Assembly: GCA_004376205.1 (NCBI GenBank)
Contig: SOKG01000105.1
Coordinates: forward strand, 1 to 36,331
Direction: 5' to 3'
From: Dehalococcoidia bacterium
GTDB taxonomy: Bacteria; Chloroflexota; Dehalococcoidia; SZUA-161
DNA: 36,331 bases
Under the pieces are notes generated by a model. It had not been told where the DNA came from and did not search any database. It saw only the letters and a program-made list of their open reading frames with translations. Position numbers and translations under genes: made by a program. Within the stretch, counting starts at the first letter, position 1; every line of letters starts with the position of its first letter. Below, piece after piece: positions 26,243-33,936 of the stretch.

Positions 26243-26677
26243 TTAGGTCCGCTGCCTCGCCAGGGCCTGGGCAATCTTCTCTCCTGGGGGAAGCGCTGAC
26301 AGGTCGGGCGGCGTCCGCGGCGGTGCCCCTGCGGGTATACTCCTTGCCGCCACCTCACTCTCAAACTCCTGCCTGACCTTGGCTACTATGCCCTGCGCCA
26401 GTTCCAGGGAGGCGTCGATTTCTTCCACTGTCTCCCCTTTGAGCAGCTCCTCGGGCACCCCAGGCGCCGAGGCCATGACTGCGGCGCGGTATTTAGCTAC
26501 TGCGCCTACCAGTGAGTCCTTGAGGGCAGCCAGTTCACTATCTCTGGAGGCGATGCCCTCCTCGAGCTGTCCTATTCTCCCTTGCAGCTCTTCGTTCACC
26601 GCTTTCCAGTCTATCTCTGTCTCCTCGTTACCCTGAACCTCTGCCTCTCTCTCCGCGTCCTTGGTTTCCTCGGTCAT
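26243..26677 (-). CDS. scaffolding-like protein
   Basis: 144 aa with an acidic N-terminus and heptad-like ELQGRIGQLEEGIASRDSELAALKDSL. AAGGAGGTG lies upstream. It sits directly before the capsid gene. Confidence 0.55.
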   Translation of the reverse strand: MTEETKDAEREAEVQGNEETEIDWKAVNEELQGRIGQLEEGIASRDSELAALKDSLVGAVAKYRAAVMASAPGVPEELLKGETVEEIDASLELAQGIVAKVRQEFESEVAARSIPAGAPPRTPPDLSALPPGEKIAQALARQRT

Positions 26678-26721
26678 GTTTCACCTCCTTTCGCCTTATC
26701 CTTCTATGCCAATGCGGCGCA

Positions 26722-26751
26722 ATAATAGAACATTAGTTCTTTTGCTGTCAA
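26722..26751 (-). promoter_or_regulatory. promoter P2 with GAAC-N4-GTTC (Cheo/LexA-type) box filling the spacer
   Basis: The minus strand reads TTGACA GCAAAA GAACTAATGTTC TATTAT. The ATG of the scaffold gene lies 45 nt downstream of the -10. Confidence 0.55.
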
Positions 26752-26808
26752 TAGGAAAATGTCGCTTTGAAGGAAAGGCGAGTCTGGTACTCTTCAGGTT
26801 GAATAAAC

Positions 26809-26837
26809 TTGACAAAAGAGTATTTATTACTTAGAGT
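26809..26837 (+). promoter_or_regulatory. sigma70-like promoter for the plsY-like/GT2 pair, divergent from P2
   Basis: TTGACA (26809-26814), a 17-nt spacer, then TAGAGT (26832-26837). The ATG is at 26886. Confidence 0.45.
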
Positions 26838-26885
26838 AGTCGCAGTGTTGGCAAGTACGGTGTTGCTCTTTGTGAAGCTAAGTAA

Positions 26886-27488
26886 ATGACATTCGTACTT
26901 CTGGTGTTGATTGGCTATTTGATGGGGAGCATCCCCAGCTCCTATCTTTCCATGCGCTACTTCGCTGGCACTGATATCCGTGCACTGGGTACGGGCAACG
27001 CCACGGTGACGGCTGTGCTGATGCACGGGGGGAGACGCCCCGCCTTAGCGGCCCTGGTGGCCGAGATGGCCAAGGGCGTGCTTTGTGTTCTCATCGCCCA
27101 TATCATGGTGGGCGAGGTTTGGGCCGCCCTGGTTATCCTGGTCGCTGCCGTCTTCGGCTGCAGCTGGAGCATCTGGTTAAAGGGTGGTGGTGGCCAAGGA
27201 CTGACCATCGCGATGTCAGGCCTGGCCCTGCTCAACATTCTGGCTGTGCTAATTATGGGGGCCTTCTATCTTCTGCCGATGGCGGCCACTAAGCGTTATC
27301 TGCTGAGCAATCGGATGTTCCGTCTATCTGTCCCTGTAGTACTGGCGTTATGGTACGGCTCCTGGGAATATGGTCTCGCCGGAGGCTTATTGGTGATGCC
27401 ATCCTTCATCAAGCAGTGGGCCACGGGCGATGATGTGCTCGAGGCCAGAAAGGCAGAGGGCGTTAGCCAAGGCAGCGGAGCTTCGTAG
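26886..27488 (+). CDS. PlsY-family membrane protein, divergent (conserved motifs altered)
   Basis: GYLMGSIPSSYL...DIRALGTGNATVTAV...EMAKG...FGCSWSIWLKGGGGQG aligns with PlsY GYLxGSIP / GSGNxGATN / DxxKG / GHxxP..FKGGKG. However, the His, the GATN Asn and the GGK Lys positions are substituted. Confidence 0.65.
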   Translation: MTFVLLVLIGYLMGSIPSSYLSMRYFAGTDIRALGTGNATVTAVLMHGGRRPALAALVAEMAKGVLCVLIAHIMVGEVWAALVILVAAVFGCSWSIWLKGGGGQGLTIAMSGLALLNILAVLIMGAFYLLPMAATKRYLLSNRMFRLSVPVVLALWYGSWEYGLAGGLLVMPSFIKQWATGDDVLEARKAEGVSQGSGAS

Positions 27489-28640
27489 ATGTTTTACCAG
27501 CAGTTAATCTCTTTTTTGCTTGTCGGCATTCTGCTTAATCTCCTGTTGAACCTCAGGGCTCTGAGGAAAGCCAAAGGTGACGGTGAACTGCCCGATGCTC
27601 CACCTCCAATCTCCGTGCTCATTCCAGTGAGGAACGAAGAGGACAACATCGGGACCTGTCTTGAGTCTTTGCGACGGCAGGACTATCCAAATGTTGAGAT
27701 ACTCGTGCTGGATGATGCATCGACCGATGGTACCGCTGATATCGTAGCTCGGATCGCTGCTGAAGACCCCCGGGTGAGGCTGCTGCAAGGGCAACCGCTG
27801 CCGTCAGGGTGGGCAGGCAAGCCCTTTGCCTGTCAACAGCTAGCCAACGAGGCTCGAGGCTCCTGGCTGCTGTTCACCGATGCCGATACGGTGCATGCCC
27901 CCGCGGTTCTACGCCATGTGCTGTGTGCTGCTCTTGGCTCCGGGGCTGCGCTTATCTCCGGCTTCCCTCATCAGCGAACTACCTCGATCTGGCAGAAGAT
28001 GGCTATCCCTATTATGTTTTACTTCATGATCCTCTGCTGGATGCCACTCTGGTGGATGCAGCGCTCGCGGCGCACCCTGCCCTCGGTGGCCATTGGGCAG
28101 TTCATGTTCTTCTCGGCCCAGGAGTATCGAAGCATCGGTGGACATGAGGCCGTGAAGTCGCGCATATTAGAGGATGTCTGGCTGGGGAGAGAGATGGCGC
28201 GGCACCACTACCGGCAGCTAACCCTGGACCTGTCACCGTTGGTCTCCTGCCAGATGTACCGTGAGTTCGGCACCATGTGGGATGGCATCAACAGATGGCT
28301 CTATGTCGCAGCCTCGCTGTCTATCTTCGCTTTCATCGGGATAGTGGGCGTGGTGCTGCTCCTGTTTCTAGCGCCCTTCCTATGGTTGGCTCACGGTTTG
28401 CTGCTGGCGCAGCCTGCCTTTGGCTGGCAGGTGCTGGTTATGCTCCAGGTGGCTATTTTGTATCTGGCGCGGTTTCTGGTGGGCCGCCGCTTCTCTCAGT
28501 CCAAGTCATCCGTCATTCTGCATCCCATCGGCATGGCTTTCCTGCTGCTGGTTTGCCTCTATGCCAGCTACCGGCATCTGAGGGGCGCTGGCATCAGGTG
28601 GAAGGGGCGCGTGTACGGCCCTGAGTCTCAGATAGGCTAA
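27489..28640 (+). CDS. family 2 glycosyltransferase with C-terminal membrane domain (CrtQ/HpnI-like)
   Basis: ISVLIPVRNEE, VLDDASTDGT, GWAGKPFA and FTDADT are followed by several hydrophobic helices. The start abuts the previous stop (TAGATG). Confidence 0.8.
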   Translation: MFYQQLISFLLVGILLNLLLNLRALRKAKGDGELPDAPPPISVLIPVRNEEDNIGTCLESLRRQDYPNVEILVLDDASTDGTADIVARIAAEDPRVRLLQGQPLPSGWAGKPFACQQLANEARGSWLLFTDADTVHAPAVLRHVLCAALGSGAALISGFPHQRTTSIWQKMAIPIMFYFMILCWMPLWWMQRSRRTLPSVAIGQFMFFSAQEYRSIGGHEAVKSRILEDVWLGREMARHHYRQLTLDLSPLVSCQMYREFGTMWDGINRWLYVAASLSIFAFIGIVGVVLLLFLAPFLWLAHGLLLAQPAFGWQVLVMLQVAILYLARFLVGRRFSQSKSSVILHPIGMAFLLLVCLYASYRHLRGAGIRWKGRVYGPESQIG

Positions 28641-28647
28641 CGCAATC

Positions 28648-29379
28648 CTATTCCTGGTCAACGTCAGCTATTTTTATCTGCCCGAAGAGCCCCATGTGGT
28701 CATCCTTTATGACTGCTGCTCCCTTCAGGCCCTGTATGCGCCGAGCAAACTCCAGTGCTTTGGGGATATCGCCTGCCGAGCTAACCCGGTTGCCTATTGC
28801 TGTGGCTGCAGCGTCCGCCAGGGAAGTTGATGGGGAAAACACGATGACCGCATCAGCTACGCCGAAACTGAGGGAATGCCCCACCGACCCCGACGAGGTA
28901 CAAACGCCCAACGGGGTTTCCTCAGGCTGGATGGCGAAGGCAATTTTTCCAGTGAGGGTGGATCCTCCAGCGTAGACGCCTATGAGCCGTTCCTTCGAAG
29001 TCTTTATGAAGATATCTCCCCCATTTTCCACAATGACCTCGTCGGAAAAAGGCAGGAGGTCTCTCCCTACCCTTTCAGCTATGGCGCCGGCGACTGCTGC
29101 CATAGGGCCTACGCCCACCTGCTGGGCAGCATCAGCCATTTCTCTCACCAGGGACGGGGCGTTTTTCTTGACCGATAGAGGTTCAAGTGAGATGGCGAAA
29201 TGGGGATGTGATATGATGTACTGCTCGAGCTCAGCGCGGCATTTTTTGGTTGCTGCTAGCGCCTTGGCCTTCAGGTCGCCCCTGGCCCTGATGAGCAGAT
29301 CGGTTTCCTTGACTTCTACCGAAAAAGAAACCAGGTCCTTATCGCTGACCCAGTGTCTATAGGTTCTCGGCGCATACAT
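28648..29379 (-). CDS. UPF0280 / COG2122 ApbE-like protein
   Basis: The start is placed at ATG 29377-29379 (MYAPRTYRHW...), 2 nt after the upstream stop. FSVEVKETDLLIRA, GVGPMAAVAGAIAE, ENGGDIF and SSGSVGHSLSFG fit UPF0280 family proteins as I recall them. Confidence 0.7.
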   Translation of the reverse strand: MYAPRTYRHWVSDKDLVSFSVEVKETDLLIRARGDLKAKALAATKKCRAELEQYIISHPHFAISLEPLSVKKNAPSLVREMADAAQQVGVGPMAAVAGAIAERVGRDLLPFSDEVIVENGGDIFIKTSKERLIGVYAGGSTLTGKIAFAIQPEETPLGVCTSSGSVGHSLSFGVADAVIVFSPSTSLADAAATAIGNRVSSAGDIPKALEFARRIQGLKGAAVIKDDHMGLFGQIKIADVDQE

Positions 29380-29381
29380 TC

Positions 29382-29792
29382 CTAGAGACGCACTTCCATA
29401 GCCCTGACCGGACATGGCTTGATACAAAGCTCGCAGGCTATGCACCTGGTGTGCTGGAAGTCAACCCGCCGGGTTGTGGGGTCGACACTGAAGGCATCGA
29501 CGGGACATATCGTGACACAGGCTCCGCAATGGGTGCACCTGTCCTCATTGCGAGACACATCCTGGGCCAATGATTGCAGTTCTACTCCCACCTCGGCCAG
29601 AAAGCGAACCGCTTCATCATAATCCTTCTTTTTGCCGCTGAGCTCCAATACCAGAAGGCCTTCCTCATTGGGGGTGACCGAGGCCTTCAGAATATTGAAC
29701 ATGAGATCATAGTCCTTGACCAGTCGATATATTATCGGTTTATCGACAAGCCTGTGTGGGAATCGTAGCACAACCTTTCTTGCCTTAGTCAC
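29382..29792 (-). CDS. NIL domain + 2x[4Fe-4S] ferredoxin protein
   Basis: The start is placed at GTG 29790-29792, 7 nt after GGAAGGAG. The track's 29924 start would overlap the upstream gene by 115 nt. VVLRFPHRLVDKPIIYRLVKDYDLMFNILKA is the NIL domain. It is followed by CTHCGACVTICP and CIACELCIKPCP. Confidence 0.8.
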   Translation of the reverse strand: MTKARKVVLRFPHRLVDKPIIYRLVKDYDLMFNILKASVTPNEEGLLVLELSGKKKDYDEAVRFLAEVGVELQSLAQDVSRNEDRCTHCGACVTICPVDAFSVDPTTRRVDFQHTRCIACELCIKPCPVRAMEVRL

Positions 29793-29809
29793 GTCATGGC
29801 TCCTTCCGC

Positions 29810-31024
29810 TCAGCCTTCTTTCTCGAAGGGGCGGTCCTGCATAGGCTTGAAGACTATCCCAGACTCGACGCTGGGCAAAGGCGCCACTGGCTCGGTGAGA
29901 TAGAACCCGCCCTTTTGAATCCAATCCTTGAGGGTGTTGGCGATTTCAACCGCTCTGGAATAGCTCGAAAGCGAGGCGGTGGGCACCTCTTTGCCCTTGA
30001 CCTTAATCTTGCCGCTCTTGAGCTGGGCGTAGGTCACCTCTCCCAGAACATCTGGACTTCGCTGAGGGTACGCCTCGAAGTAGTCCACGATGGGGGCGAA
30101 GACCTCCTGGTCGGTTACCGCGGTGTAACTGAGTATCTCTTCAGAGAGTATCGGTATGGGGACGCCCAGCCCGACGGTTAGAGTAGTGCCGTACCCGACA
30201 AAGCTCGTCCCGACCAGCCACTGTGGCTTCATCTCCTTCAGGGCCCCTATCACCGCTAGCGTCCCTGCCGGCCGACGGGGCACCCCATTGTCGGTACGTG
30301 GAACGCTGGGGTTGTGCTGCGTGCCCTGCCAGGCTACATAGCCGGTGCCTCCCCCGAGGAAGATCCTGGTGCCAATCCCGATGGTCTTATAGAGGGGGTC
30401 GTTGAGCAGAGGCGAGAGTTGTCCTGCGGAGCAGTAGTTGGCGTTGCCCAGGTTGGGCTTCAACACCCCCATATAGGTGTAGATCGTTCGCTCTCCCAGA
30501 TTGACGGCTACATTGTAGTTCTGATAGGCGTTTCTGATATTGAAAAGTACCGCCTCATTCATGCTTTCCAGGTTGATCCAAGTTTCGACTTTCCGCCTCG
30601 GGTAACAATCGGTTCCATACGCGGTGATCACCAGCCTGATGTCCTTGCCGGCTACCAACTCCTCGATTACATGGCCGCCGCCGTAGTTGAATTCGCCGGG
30701 GTGGCTCCTGTTTCTGGGGTCGTCATCTGGAGTGGCGCTAGCGCCGATGAAGATATCCACGGCCGCAAGGCCGGCATAGGCCGGCACTTCGTTCAGGTAA
30801 ACGTGGCCTCCGCCGACTTTGATGCGCGGCTTGGAATGTCCCAAGTTGAAATAGGCTCCTGACGAACACATGGGGCCGAAGGTGCCTGTGGTCACCACAT
30901 CGACCTCTTTGGCGGCCTTGGCGACGCCCTTCTTCTTGACTAGGTCGATGACCTCCTCGGCGGTAACTACCACTGCCTGGCCCTTGGCGATCTTCTCATT
31001 GATTTCGGCGATACTCTTCGTCAC
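29810..31024 (-). CDS. COG1900 (DUF39) homocysteine biosynthesis protein, no CBS domains
   Basis: 404 aa with a GTG start 8 nt after GGGAG. EINEKIAKGQAVVVTAEE...VDVVTTGTFGPMCSSGAYFN...GGGHVYLNEVPAYAG... matches the COG1900 family that pairs with NIL-ferredoxin genes. Confidence 0.8.
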   Translation of the reverse strand: MTKSIAEINEKIAKGQAVVVTAEEVIDLVKKKGVAKAAKEVDVVTTGTFGPMCSSGAYFNLGHSKPRIKVGGGHVYLNEVPAYAGLAAVDIFIGASATPDDDPRNRSHPGEFNYGGGHVIEELVAGKDIRLVITAYGTDCYPRRKVETWINLESMNEAVLFNIRNAYQNYNVAVNLGERTIYTYMGVLKPNLGNANYCSAGQLSPLLNDPLYKTIGIGTRIFLGGGTGYVAWQGTQHNPSVPRTDNGVPRRPAGTLAVIGALKEMKPQWLVGTSFVGYGTTLTVGLGVPIPILSEEILSYTAVTDQEVFAPIVDYFEAYPQRSPDVLGEVTYAQLKSGKIKVKGKEVPTASLSSYSRAVEIANTLKDWIQKGGFYLTEPVAPLPSVESGIVFKPMQDRPFEKEG

Positions 31025-31070
31025 CTCATGCGCTCCCGTCAGAACTGATCAAAGTCTCTGAACCTTAAGC

Positions 31071-31099
31071 ATATTGCCCGAAATAGAGAGGCTTGTCAA
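31071..31099 (-). promoter_or_regulatory. possible promoter of the COG1900 operon
   Basis: The minus strand reads TTGACA (31099-31094), a 17-nt spacer, then CAATAT (31076-31071). The -10 is weak. Confidence 0.3.
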
Positions 31100-31401
31100 C
31101 CTTATCGAAGGTTACGTGGCGTTACTCCCCTTTCCAACTTCACCCTCAATTCCAATTTTGCAATTGCATTCTGCACGGGCATGCGTCTGCCTCGGCAGAC
31201 CGAAGGGTCAAAGGGAAGTGACCGGAATTCCCCTGTCAGTCTTGTCTGGGTTCGTAGGCTGGGGGATCAGGGGACAGGGCTGGACTGGCTGCATTGCTAA
31301 GCTAGTGAATTTTTATTGCGATCCTGAGTGTCAAGTGTCCCCGTTGTAGACTTACGCTGTTCACTTCACTTCACGTTGCCTCACCTATCCTCCAAGTCTT
31401 G

Positions 31402-31451
31402 GTACAAAAGTACTGCTATCTATTGACATTACCTAACCAAAGTACTATAAA
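31402..31451 (+). promoter_or_regulatory. GTAC-N4-GTAC box followed by a sigma70-like promoter
   Basis: GTACAAAAGTAC (31402-31413), then TTGACA (31423-31428), a 17-nt spacer ending in GTAC, then TATAAA (31446-31451). An 8-bp stem hairpin GTAGTTCG-AACA-CGAACTAC lies at 31469-31488. Confidence 0.4.
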
Positions 31452-31726
31452 GGAAGTAAGCCGTCCAAGTAGTTCGAACACGAACTACTACCTAGGTAAA
31501 TCGCGTTGAGAAGTAAATCTGTTCTTGGCCCTTTGATAATGCTGGCTACATAGGCTTTGGTGAAGAGACTCACTACGTAGGGTGAATAGTCGAACAGAGC
31601 GTGAAGAGAAAACGCTGCATGGAATAATGTTGGCAGCGGAACCATCGGCGTGCCTTCTCAGGCATCAAGTAGGCTGAGGAGTTCCGCTCGGTAGTGCTAG
31701 GGCACTAGCTCTAGCTTCGTTCATAA

Positions 31727-32095
31727 GTGGGGAAAGGGAGAAAAGTATTGCTGTCAAGAATGCGACTGGAAGCTAAATCTGACAATTTTCAAGCTGGGAT
31801 CGTATTCTGGCTGGTCTTATACTTGTGTCTGAATGTTGGAGATGCTTTCTTAACAAACAGAGCCTGTGCCCTGCTGCAGTCAGCAGGACTCGAGGGAAAA
31901 ATGGCTGAAGCTAACCCGATCCTGCAACCCCTGGCTGGATCGTGGATAATCATGGTGAAAGGTTTTCTCGCCTTGGCTGTCATGGTGGTAGCCAACAGAT
32001 TCGCTAAGATACCCTTGAGGAGAATGCTTATCTGGGCTTGTTTGGCCTTGGTGCTAATCTGTATCTGGAATGCTAGCTCAATAGGGCTGGTATAA
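31727..32095 (+). CDS. DUF5658-like small membrane protein
   Basis: LVLYLCLNVGDAFLTNRA...AEANPILQPL...MVKGFLALAVMVV fits DUF5658. The start is uncertain (GTG 31727, TTG 31748 7 nt after GGGAG, or ATG 31760). Confidence 0.6.
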   Translation: MGKGRKVLLSRMRLEAKSDNFQAGIVFWLVLYLCLNVGDAFLTNRACALLQSAGLEGKMAEANPILQPLAGSWIIMVKGFLALAVMVVANRFAKIPLRRMLIWACLALVLICIWNASSIGLV

Positions 32096-32222
32096 GCAAC
32101 AGGAGAACATCTGCTCGTCTGACTGTAGCCATATCAATAATATTGTCAACGGTCTTAATAGCCCCCGCTGCTGCCCAGACCATAGCTCCAGCAATCACAG
32201 CCTGAAGCGAAAACCACCGTTT

Positions 32223-33617
32223 TCATCTCCCTTTGGTTCGAGGAAGGGGTATTTTCTCTTCCTCCTCCAACCAGCGTTGAAACTCGGCGTCGGGGTCCTC
32301 GACGCCTAGCTCGTCCATGGCCCTCCGTCGCGAGTGGACTCCGGTGCTGATCAGTATCTCCTCGTCCCGCACCAGCCGCCCCCTGTCCTGGGGCAGTATC
32401 GGCCCCCAGATAATCCGGGAGCGGTAATGTCCAAAGCTTTCCCCTGTCATCCGCTCCAGGACCCTGAGGATCAGATCGTTGCGACGCCGGTACACTGCCG
32501 TCCTGATCAATCGCTTGCGCCTAACCTTCTGTAGCAGGGGATGAAGCTCCATCTCCAAAGCGATCCCGGAGAGGCCGCGCTGGTTGTCGCCGAAGGCAGT
32601 CCGTGGCGACTCGGAGAGGTCGTGCAGCGTGCGGTAGAGCAGGTCTATGTAGTCCGCGTGTAGCTTTACCCCTCCTCCCTGAAGCAGGTCCAGCAGATAT
32701 GCCTTTGCCTGCTCCGGGATCTCCCACACCGCTCCCGGCTGCACCGCTATGTCCTGGGCGTTCTCGATGTTCTCCAGCACGGCGATGGGGTTTCCCGACA
32801 GCTCGAGAATCCGGGAAAGCTGCGACAGCGCCCGGTTGAGTTCCCGCGCCGGCTCTATAATCGCCGGGATGTCGGAGACTCCCCAGAACTTCTTCGGCTC
32901 CCTGGTGTTGGGGAAGATGACGAAGGGAATGAAACCGTAGGGATTGGCCTTTCGTTCGAACAGCAGGTCGTCGATCCAGAGTTCGAACTTCCTGTCCGTC
33001 CACACCTCGACGATGGTTGATCGGGGCTTGCTGGCGGTAGGGGCCATCCTTCCTCGGAAGGACGCCCCTGCGTTGTAGAGGAGGCGGACCTCATCGGCTG
33101 AAAGCTGGTAACGGCTGGCAACTCGCCATACCCGGGTGACGTCGTCTCCCAGCCACCAGACGAATATCCCCTGCACATCGGGCGCTGATACCCGAACCCG
33201 CTTCTCCTGGGAATCCCAGGTTACCTTGAAGCAGCCGTCCCCCAGGATTGCCGCGTCGATCTCGGTGTCGAAGTCGAGCTGGTCCAGGTTGTTTGTTTCG
33301 TATACCCTGTATATAGCCTCCTCTGCCCTACGTGCTTTCTCCTTGTCCTCGGGCGAGACTGGGTCGATGGCGAAGCTGAGCCCGCTCATCAGATAGCTCG
33401 TCGCCTTGTCAACAAAGACTCTGGCGTAGTTGAAGGTGAGCCGGCGCTCCCGGTGCCGAAGGTGACCGAGCCACTGTAGCCCGTTATAAAAATCGAGATT
33501 CTCCCTGTAGGCCTTGAGCCGGTCGAGGTCCATGCGGCTTATCTGCTGGGGCAGGGTGGGATTGGTGGTCGCAGTCTCCTGGGCAAGGCCATGCTTTACT
33601 CCTATGATGTCATTCAC
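32223..33617 (-). CDS. phage portal protein
   Basis: 464 aa. LDRLKAYRENLDFYNGLQW...FNYARVFVDKATSYLMS... together with the size and the position after terminase fit portal (SPP1 gp6-like) proteins. The GTG start overlaps the upstream stop by 8 nt. Confidence 0.85.
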   Translation of the reverse strand: MNDIIGVKHGLAQETATTNPTLPQQISRMDLDRLKAYRENLDFYNGLQWLGHLRHRERRLTFNYARVFVDKATSYLMSGLSFAIDPVSPEDKEKARRAEEAIYRVYETNNLDQLDFDTEIDAAILGDGCFKVTWDSQEKRVRVSAPDVQGIFVWWLGDDVTRVWRVASRYQLSADEVRLLYNAGASFRGRMAPTASKPRSTIVEVWTDRKFELWIDDLLFERKANPYGFIPFVIFPNTREPKKFWGVSDIPAIIEPARELNRALSQLSRILELSGNPIAVLENIENAQDIAVQPGAVWEIPEQAKAYLLDLLQGGGVKLHADYIDLLYRTLHDLSESPRTAFGDNQRGLSGIALEMELHPLLQKVRRKRLIRTAVYRRRNDLILRVLERMTGESFGHYRSRIIWGPILPQDRGRLVRDEEILISTGVHSRRRAMDELGVEDPDAEFQRWLEEEEKIPLPRTKGR

Positions 33618-33936
33618 TGGATGCCCTCCTGATGATTCGTTGCACGGTGCGTTTGCCTACACCGAAGCTTTTCGCCAGCTCGGCGACGTTTTTGCCAGCC
33701 AGCGCTCTTTGCCTTAGAAGCTCCTTATCTCGCAATCTCGTGGCTGTCCGTCTTCCTCCTGTCTGCTCGTCGTAGCGGCAGTGGGTCAGAGGGCACTCGA
33801 GGCAGGATGGAAAAAGGTCGCATCCTTGGTCGCAGTAGTCGAAATAGTCGGGCAGCAGATCGGCGATTGGCTCGACGTCACCCCGATTCCCTCGCTTTTC
33901 CGTCTTAATCTCGGAATGACGGGCTTCATTCCTCAT
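33610..33936 (-). CDS. Cys-rich protein with C-terminal helix-turn-helix
   Basis: The start is placed at ATG 33934-33936, 8 nt after GGAGAAGG (the track start is 34002). It has a CDQGCDLFPSCLECPLTHC cysteine cluster, then NVAELAKSFGVGKRTVQRII as the HTH. Confidence 0.6.
   Translation of the reverse strand: MRNEARHSEIKTEKRGNRGDVEPIADLLPDYFDYCDQGCDLFPSCLECPLTHCRYDEQTGGRRTATRLRDKELLRQRALAGKNVAELAKSFGVGKRTVQRIIRRASSE

Noticed and set aside
26104-26364. 86-aa minus-strand ORF across the scaffold/capsid spacer
   Set aside because: It overlaps the scaffold C-terminus out of frame, is Arg/Pro-rich and has no SD. I treat 26061-26242 as noncoding spacer containing small hairpins.
31469-31488. GTTCGAA-containing hairpin considered as a tRNA T-arm
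   Set aside because: The stem is 8 bp with a 4-nt loop. There are no flanking acceptor, D or anticodon arms. No tRNA-like cloverleaf can be drawn here or in any other intergenic region I inspected.
31445-31645. 66-aa minus-strand ORF inside the long 31025-31726 spacer
   Set aside because: It has no SD and a hydrophobic, aromatic low-information product. It runs against the predicted promoter at 31423-31451. I treat it as noncoding.
32143-32165. TTGACA-16-TACAGT promoter-like match on the minus strand between the DUF5658 and portal genes
   Set aside because: It would fire antisense into DUF5658. A lone TTGACA is expected many times by chance in 36 kb, and the -10 is poor. It is noted only because the flanking CAATAATA...TGTCAA vaguely echoes the P2 region.
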